Of a DNA stretch of 45,618 bases, positions 39,635 to 45,618 are shown piece after piece. Under the pieces are notes generated by a model. It had not been told where the DNA came from. It did no database searches and saw only the letters and a program-made list of their open reading frames with translations. Made by a program: the position numbers and the translations under genes. Every line of letters starts with the position of its first letter. Position 1 is the first letter of the stretch. The DNA comes from Campylobacterales bacterium (lineage in GTDB: Bacteria > Campylobacterota > Campylobacteria > Campylobacterales > UBA6016): NCBI GenBank assembly GCA_036574095.1, contig JAINCO010000058.1:1-45618 (forward strand). The letters run 5' to 3'.

Positions 39635-40372
39635 TTATTGTTTGGTAAAGATGTTGATAAAGCCAGCTATCGCATCACGATCGAGGATCATATAGCGCGG
39701 TTGTGCCATGGGGTGCTCCTTAGGGGTGGCAGGGCGTCGATCGATCGAAAAGGCCATGATGTAGCCAGCTTTTTTGGCTGCTTCTTGAAGCTCGGTATCA
39801 TAGATACCAAAGGGCCATGCCAAGAGATCGACCGTGCCGCCAAGCTTTGCTTCGATAGCTTTTTTGGAGCCAAGAAGCTGCTTATCGACAAAGACTCGGT
39901 ACGCATCAGGAGTAAGTCGCCTCTTTTCTGTTTTGAAGTTGGGGCTCCAGTAGGTGTGTGACTGAATGTCAAAAAGACCCGATTTTTTCAATTCAGCCAG
40001 CTGCTCCCAGGTCATCGAGTGCTCTGATTTTGAGATGGAGGAGGGATAGATAAAGAGGGTGACGGGGATTTTGAATTTCTTGACGATGGGTGCCATATCA
40101 GAATAGACGGAGCGATGGCCATCATCAGCTGTAATGGCGACAGCTTTGTTAGGAAGCGTACCTCGTCCTAAGAGGGCATCGACAACACGTCGCAGAGGAA
40201 CAATCGTATAGCCATGCTCAAGAAGCCAGGTAAGTTCAGCTTCAAAATGGGCGTTGGTTGTTGTCATCGAGCTATCGACAGTGGGGGCGAAGCGATGGTA
40301 GCAAAGGATAATCGCCTGCTGGCTCCACAACGCTAATGGTAGGAGAATGAGGAATAATAAACTCTTTTTCAT
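39635..40372 (-). CDS. Exported polysaccharide deacetylase (CE4/NodB-like)
   Basis: Signal peptide; ILCYHRF, ITADDG, MTW, QSHT, AWPFG. Confidence 0.88.
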   Translation of the reverse strand: MKKSLLFLILLPLALWSQQAIILCYHRFAPTVDSSMTTTNAHFEAELTWLLEHGYTIVPLRRVVDALLGRGTLPNKAVAITADDGHRSVYSDMAPIVKKFKIPVTLFIYPSSISKSEHSMTWEQLAELKKSGLFDIQSHTYWSPNFKTEKRRLTPDAYRVFVDKQLLGSKKAIEAKLGGTVDLLAWPFGIYDTELQEAAKKAGYIMAFSIDRRPATPKEHPMAQPRYMILDRDAIAGFINIFTKQ

Positions 40373-40461
40373 GAATGCTATTTTATCATACTATCCAAAA
40401 AAGCCTCAGGTTCATAACAGGTAGCTTGAGATAGATTTAAAAACCTGACAATGGATGTGGT

Positions 40462-41475
40462 ATGAAAAAAAGCGGCGGGTCAATTCAACTCTCTCATGGA
40501 GCCGGTGGCAGTGAGAGCAACCAGCTGATCAAGGAGATCTTTTTTTATTATTTCGGTAATAAGACGCTCCTGTCGTATGAGGATAGTGCTCTGCTTACGG
40601 TGTCGGGGCGTATTGCCATGACAACCGATGGCTACACAGTCAAGCCAATTTTTTTTCCGGGTGGGGATATTGGTAAGATTGCTGTGGCGGGTACAACAAA
40701 TGATTTGGCGGTTATGGGCGCAAAACCTCGCTTTCTTTCAGCCTCTTTTATTATTGAAGAGGGGTTGGCGCTTGCTGACTTAGAGCGTATCGTGGCTAGT
40801 ATGGCCAAGGAGCTAACGACAACGGGAGCGATGATTGTTACTGGAGATACGAAGGTTGTGCCGCGTGGGGCAGCTGATGGGGTTTTTATTACCACAACAG
40901 GTATCGGCGAGATTCTTTATGAAGGGCTCTCGGCGTCAGCATTAAGGCCTGGGGATATTGTGCTTGTTAGCCATACAATTGGCGAACATGGGGCGGTGAT
41001 CTTTGCAGCAAGAGAGGGAATTGATCTGGGGGTTGATCTTGAGAGTGACTGTGCCTCACTGTGGCCACTGATTGAGCAGCTGTTGGCAGCCAAGTTACCA
41101 GTGGTTGCGATGCGTGATGCGACACGAGGGGGGTTAGCGGCAGTACTCAATGAATGGGCTGTCCAATCGAATGTTGGGATCGTTTGTGCTGAGGAGGCAA
41201 TTCCAGTGCGTGAGGCGGTTCGGGGGGTATGTGAGCTTTTAGGCTTTGAGGCAACGAGTCTGGCGAATGAAGGAACATTTGTTTTGGCTTTGCGAGATCG
41301 CGTTGCGGCCGATGAGGCACTCTCAATCATGAAAAGCCATCCTTTAGGCAAAGATGCCGCAATTATAGCAGAGGTCGTCGAGGTGCATCCCGGGCGTGTT
41401 GTTCTTTCAAACGGTTGGGGGACAACCCGTTACCTCGATGCTCCCAGTGGTGAGCTACTGCCAAGAATTTGCTAA
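40462..41475 (+). CDS. hypE: HypE carbamoyl dehydratase
   Basis: HGAGG, TNDLA, GDTKVV, RDATRGG, ANEG, terminal LPRIC. Confidence 0.97.
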   Translation: MKKSGGSIQLSHGAGGSESNQLIKEIFFYYFGNKTLLSYEDSALLTVSGRIAMTTDGYTVKPIFFPGGDIGKIAVAGTTNDLAVMGAKPRFLSASFIIEEGLALADLERIVASMAKELTTTGAMIVTGDTKVVPRGAADGVFITTTGIGEILYEGLSASALRPGDIVLVSHTIGEHGAVIFAAREGIDLGVDLESDCASLWPLIEQLLAAKLPVVAMRDATRGGLAAVLNEWAVQSNVGIVCAEEAIPVREAVRGVCELLGFEATSLANEGTFVLALRDRVAADEALSIMKSHPLGKDAAIIAEVVEVHPGRVVLSNGWGTTRYLDAPSGELLPRIC

Positions 41476-41484
41476 AGGGTGTTG

Positions 41485-41733
41485 ATGCATGAATATTCGA
41501 TTGTTCAGGCGCTTTTGGATCAGTGCGAGCTTCATGCAGCAGCCCATCATGCAACGGTGGTGACAAAGGTTGTTGTGCAAATTGGCCGCTATAGTGGCGT
41601 GGAGAGCGAACTATTGATGCGTGCGTTTGAGACCTTTAAAGAAGGAACAATCGCCGCTTCGGCGGCACTTGAAATTGTTACGTCAGATGATAGGGAACTT
41701 TTGTTGCTTTCGCTTGAAGCCGAACAACCATGA
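41485..41733 (+). CDS. hypA: HypA lacking the zinc-finger domain (82 aa)
   Basis: MHEYSI, IGRYSGVE, FETFKEGTI, terminal ELLLLSLE; no CxxC pairs. Confidence 0.88.
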   Translation: MHEYSIVQALLDQCELHAAAHHATVVTKVVVQIGRYSGVESELLMRAFETFKEGTIAASAALEIVTSDDRELLLLSLEAEQP

Positions 41734-41796
41734 GACGAAGTTTGCGTCATGGTTATGGATAGATAATATCATAGAGACTAAAGTGGGGCAGTTTGC

Positions 41797-42756
41797 GTGC
41801 GATATGTGATTCTACTATTCATGGTGTTGGCTCTGAATGGATCGGAGCTAGGGGATCTTTACCGCAAGAGCGGTGTTGGGGCTGTTGCTGCCAAGCTTGA
41901 GAATGAGCTGGCTAGTTATGAGTACTGGAAAAACTACCTTTCCAAAGTTGATACGAGTTTTGGGTTCTATGATAAAGATAAGGATCTTTTGATCGTGGGA
42001 AAAGGGAGGCGTGAAATGCTTCTGTGGCGTTATCGGGGCGGTACGCTCTCTTTTGATTCGCGTTATAGTGTTCGCCTTGGTAAAAACAGTGGGGCAAAGA
42101 TGCGCGAGGGTGATCGCAAGACACCGATTGGCGCTTATCGGCTTGTTAAAAAGCTTGAAAAAGTCGATCAGTTTTATGGTCCGTTGGCGCTGGTGACAGA
42201 GTATCCTAATCTTCTTGATCGACTTGAAGGACGCAATGGGGGAGGTATCTGGGTGCATGGCTTTCCACTTAATTCCAATAAACGAGATGAAGATACGCGT
42301 GGATGCGTTGCCCTTGATAACAATCTCCTCCTTAAACTCAAAAGCCGTATCGACCTACCCAAGAGCCGTATTATCATTTTTGAAGAAGAGATTCGTAAGG
42401 TTCCCAAAGAGGATATCGTTCTAATCATGAGTATGATCTATCAATGGCGCAAAGCATGGGCTGACAATGATCTTCAAAGCTATCTGAGCTTTTATGCAGA
42501 TGAGTTTCGTCGTTACGATGGCATGAAGAAGGAGGCTTTTTCAGCCTATAAAAAGCGCATTTTTGACAAAGGCGAGGAGAAAGAGATTATCTTTCATGAC
42601 TTTGAGGTTGCGCCAAATCCTACACTGTTGCGTGAGCGGGTCTATAAGGTCAATTTTGAAGAAGAGTATCGGGCACCAAGCCATAGTTTTAGTGGCACAA
42701 AAGAGCTTTATATCAAGGTCGCTGATGGTAAAGCGACTATTATAGCGGAGCAGTGA
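41797..42756 (+). CDS. YkuD-domain L,D-carboxypeptidase with NTF2-like C-domain (Pgp2/Csd6 type)
   Basis: EGDRKTPIG, YPN, GIWVHG..TRGCVAL; W..AW....YLSFY. Confidence 0.85.
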   Translation: MRYVILLFMVLALNGSELGDLYRKSGVGAVAAKLENELASYEYWKNYLSKVDTSFGFYDKDKDLLIVGKGRREMLLWRYRGGTLSFDSRYSVRLGKNSGAKMREGDRKTPIGAYRLVKKLEKVDQFYGPLALVTEYPNLLDRLEGRNGGGIWVHGFPLNSNKRDEDTRGCVALDNNLLLKLKSRIDLPKSRIIIFEEEIRKVPKEDIVLIMSMIYQWRKAWADNDLQSYLSFYADEFRRYDGMKKEAFSAYKKRIFDKGEEKEIIFHDFEVAPNPTLLRERVYKVNFEEEYRAPSHSFSGTKELYIKVADGKATIIAEQ

Positions 42757-44033
42757 TGCGGCTATTCTTGGTGTTTATGATGGTTGCCTCACTCTTTGGC
42801 GCGACGCACCACTTTTCATTACATCAATTTGGCAATGGCAAAGGGAATACGCTATTAGTGATTGGGGGTATCCATGGTAATGAGCCAGGAGGCTATTTTG
42901 CCCCCGCGTTTCTTGTGCGTTACTACAAAATTACCGAAGGGAATTTATGGGTTGTTCCTAATCTCAATCGCGATAGCATTATCAAATTTGAACGGGGTAT
43001 CTATAATGATATGAACCGAAAGTTCAATCGAATTGATCCTAAAGACCCCGATTATACAATTATTCAGGATATCAAAAAAATTATCACCGCCAAAGAGGTT
43101 GATATGATTCTTAATCTTCATGATGGCTATGGATTTTATCATCCCGAGTATCGAAGTGGATTGGTTAATCCTAAGGCGTGGGGTCAGTCGACTGTGATCG
43201 ATCAGCCGACGCTCAAAGGGGTGAAGTTTGGTAATCTCGAAGAGATTGCCAAAAAAGTCAATAACGCCACAAAGATTCACATCCAAGAAGATCTCCATGA
43301 ATTTAATGTCAAAAATACCGATACAGCATCAAAAGATAAAGAGATGCAAAAAACGTTAACGTTTTGGGCAATCAGCCAGAATAAGCCCGCTTTTGCTATC
43401 GAAACAAGTAAAAATATCCAAGATCTATCACTTAAAGTTTATTATCAACTTCAGACGATTGAGCGCTTTATGGAGATCATGGGAATCAAATTCGAGCGAA
43501 CATTTGAGCTAACACCTAACAATGTAGCGCAATTACTTAAAGATCATGGAACTCTTTATCTACCTAAAGGGCGCATTGCTCTTCCTTTGCATGATGTTGT
43601 TGGGAAAATTTCTTACCTTCCTGTTGGCGAGCCTCTTTCTTACGAAAGCGATAACCCCCTCATTACCCTTGTACCCAAAGCTGGTGGTTATGACATCTAT
43701 AACGGTCACATTAAAGTTACGACCCTTTTAACAATTCCAGTGCGCTACGAAGAGAAGCTTACTCATGTCACAGTTAGGACCAAAGGAGAAGATAAGCGGG
43801 TTTCTTTAGGTTCAATTCTCAAGGTCAATTCTCCCTTTAGCATCGTGGTTCCTGAAGGATATCGTGTTAATGTTATCGGCTTTATCAAAGAGGGGGTTAA
43901 AAGTGAAGATGCTCTACCTATTAGCCTTGAAGAGATCAATAGACATTATGCACTAGATCTTTCGAGAAAGAGTTTTCGTGTTGAGGTTTATAAAGGTGAT
44001 CTTTTTTGTGGCATGATTGTTGTTACCTTTTGA
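42753..44033 (+). CDS. M99-family D,L-carboxypeptidase (Pgp1/Csd4 type)
   Basis: GGIHGNEPGG, VVPNLN, DMNRKF, LNLHDG, AWGQ, IETSK. Confidence 0.88.
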   Translation: MMRLFLVFMMVASLFGATHHFSLHQFGNGKGNTLLVIGGIHGNEPGGYFAPAFLVRYYKITEGNLWVVPNLNRDSIIKFERGIYNDMNRKFNRIDPKDPDYTIIQDIKKIITAKEVDMILNLHDGYGFYHPEYRSGLVNPKAWGQSTVIDQPTLKGVKFGNLEEIAKKVNNATKIHIQEDLHEFNVKNTDTASKDKEMQKTLTFWAISQNKPAFAIETSKNIQDLSLKVYYQLQTIERFMEIMGIKFERTFELTPNNVAQLLKDHGTLYLPKGRIALPLHDVVGKISYLPVGEPLSYESDNPLITLVPKAGGYDIYNGHIKVTTLLTIPVRYEEKLTHVTVRTKGEDKRVSLGSILKVNSPFSIVVPEGYRVNVIGFIKEGVKSEDALPISLEEINRHYALDLSRKSFRVEVYKGDLFCGMIVVTF

Positions 44034-44132
44034 TCTATTGATTATTGGATTTAATTTTCTTATAAAAATTTGTACAGTATCATACAAAAATTTCAAAAAA
44101 GTCAAATTTTAAAAGTAAGAAGGATAGAGTGT

Positions 44133-44444
44133 ATGAGTATCGAGATTAAAGAGAATCGTACCCCTGAAATGGTTGAAGTTGTTGTCAGTGGAACAATCAA
44201 AAGTGTTGATGATTCGATGAAGATTAAAGAGGCGTTGATTGCAGCTTTGGCAACTGACAAAAGTGTGGCGCTCCGTCTGGTCATTAATGACTCTTTTATT
44301 GTTACATCATCGGTGATTGGCTTCTTGTTAAAACTGATACAAAAAGATCGCATTAATCTTACCGTTGTGGCAAAGAAGAGTGAGTTGTACGAGCTCTTTG
44401 AGAGTCTTCGATTAGTATCACTTCTTAATGTTGTCCGTGAGTGA
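44133..44444 (+). CDS. STAS-like small protein
   Basis: 103 aa; [11 protein letters not shown] resembles STAS FIDSSGLG; ELFESLRL..L terminal pattern; start reassigned. Confidence 0.65.
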   Translation: MSIEIKENRTPEMVEVVVSGTIKSVDDSMKIKEALIAALATDKSVALRLVINDSFIVTSSVIGFLLKLIQKDRINLTVVAKKSELYELFESLRLVSLLNVVRE

Positions 44445-44455
44445 ATAGGTGCGCG

Positions 44456-45618
44456 ATGTATTCAATTAAGTTCAAATTAATCTTGAATGTTATTGCTTCG
44501 ATGGCAGCACTTGCTGGCAGCGTCGTGATTGCCTATGTTATTGCAGTGGCAGAGATTAAACAGATCATGATCTCTGATATCTCAACAGTCGCACAGACGC
44601 TTGAGCAAAGTTTAAACTATCTGGCATCAAAAGATGCAAAAGGATACCTTGATCCAGAGTTTAAAAAGAGCATCTATGCTATGAAAGTTGGCAAAAGTGG
44701 TTATGTCTATCTTCTCTCAGCAGATGGTCGGTTTGTGGTTCATCATAAGGAAGAGGGCAAGGTGATGGCCGGCCATGACTACATCGATCATATCCGTAAG
44801 GATAAGGGAGGTGGTTATTATGAGTATGTTTCGGCATCCACAGGACAAGAGAAGATTGTTGCCTACCGTTACATCCCTGCATGGGATCTTTGGGTTGTAC
44901 CTGGTGTCAATAAAGCTGACTACTTTCAAGATCTTAAAGAGAACTTTTTAAAATGGCTCGTAACGATCGGGTTGATCCTTATGGCTGGATTGGGGCTACT
45001 TAACTATCTTTTGGGCCGCACGATCTTAAGACCTGTTGGTATGATCGAAGAGGTTTCTAAAGAGCTTTCGAGTGGGGATGGGGATTTGACGAAGCGCCTA
45101 CCGATTGTCTCAAAGGATGAAGTTGGCATCGCAAGTGGCTATATCAACGATTTTATTGGCAAAATCCAAGAGACGGTCAGGATGGTGATTGCCACATCAA
45201 AGCAGACAGAGGAGATTAGCCATGAGATGCGAAGTTATGCCCGTAGCCTTGCGCAAAGCTCAGAGAGACAGACCTTGATGGTTAAAGAGTCAAATGAGCT
45301 TGCTATGACGGTTGAGAAGGAGCTCGATGCCTCGGAAGAGCTAGCGATCCAGACAACTGAAGATGTCGAATCAAGCAATACCGTTCTTACGGCGATGACT
45401 GCTGAACTTGAACGGCTGGTTGGCACCATTCTTCAAGCAAGCGATACTGAAACAGAATTGGCTGAAAAAATTACGACACTCATAGAACAGACGAACCAAA
45501 TCCGTCAAGTTCTGACGATGATTAGTGAAATTGCCGACCAAACGAATCTCCTTGCTCTCAATGCCGCCATTGAAGCGGCACGAGCGGGTGAGCACGGGCG
45601 TGGTTTTGCAGTTGTGGC
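44456..45618 (+). CDS. Methyl-accepting chemotaxis protein with Cache sensor and HAMP (3'-partial; absent from ORF track)
   Basis: Read by hand: TM1, [16 protein letters not shown]2, [42 protein letters not shown]. Confidence 0.95.
   Translation, partial: MYSIKFKLILNVIASMAALAGSVVIAYVIAVAEIKQIMISDISTVAQTLEQSLNYLASKDAKGYLDPEFKKSIYAMKVGKSGYVYLLSADGRFVVHHKEEGKVMAGHDYIDHIRKDKGGGYYEYVSASTGQEKIVAYRYIPAWDLWVVPGVNKADYFQDLKENFLKWLVTIGLILMAGLGLLNYLLGRTILRPVGMIEEVSKELSSGDGDLTKRLPIVSKDEVGIASGYINDFIGKIQETVRMVIATSKQTEEISHEMRSYARSLAQSSERQTLMVKESNELAMTVEKELDASEELAIQTTEDVESSNTVLTAMTAELERLVGTILQASDTETELAEKITTLIEQTNQIRQVLTMISEIADQTNLLALNAAIEAARAGEHGRGFAVV

Noticed and set aside
41485-41500. ATGCAT-GAAT-ATTCGA resembling the TetR-like operator at hypA
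   Set aside because: Three mismatches and fully explained by the conserved MHEYS coding sequence.

Overview
Chromosomal segment from a Campylobacterota (Epsilonproteobacteria)-like bacterium; the lineage is inferred from gene order and protein style. It runs: atpH(partial)AGDC, tolQR-tolA-like-tolB-pal-cpoB, slyD, fabD, mtnN, ttcA; then a hydrogen-metabolism locus (TetR regulator, cytoplasmic group-2d-like [NiFe]-hydrogenase pair, membrane-bound group-1 hydABC, hydD, short hydE-like gene, two inserted exported-protein genes, hypF); tRNA-Asn; nfeD/SPFH, cyclophilin, alr, rsmG, ribA, hemB, argF, a pentaheme cytochrome c, yidD, aroK; a divergent nickel-uptake locus (nikR, three His1 exported proteins, nikM/Q/O-type ECF) running into hypBCD, hypE, hypA; then peptidoglycan shape enzymes (Pgp2/Csd6 and Pgp1/Csd4 types), a STAS-like protein and a partial Cache-domain chemoreceptor. 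No CRISPR, integrase or transposase was seen. Most notable: (1) the same two palindromes (GTAATA-N16-TATTAY, NikR-like; ATGAAT-N4-ATTCAT, TetR-like) occur at both the hydA promoter and the nickel-transporter promoter 20 kb away, suggesting a joint TetR/NikR H2-nickel regulon; (2) a 15-bp stem that buries the hydA ribosome-binding site; (3) a HypA with its zinc-finger domain cleanly deleted; (4) a 25-aa acidic CxxCxxxC peptide missing from the ORF track; (5) single-base frameshifts in one subunit of each hydrogenase, which may be sequencing errors.
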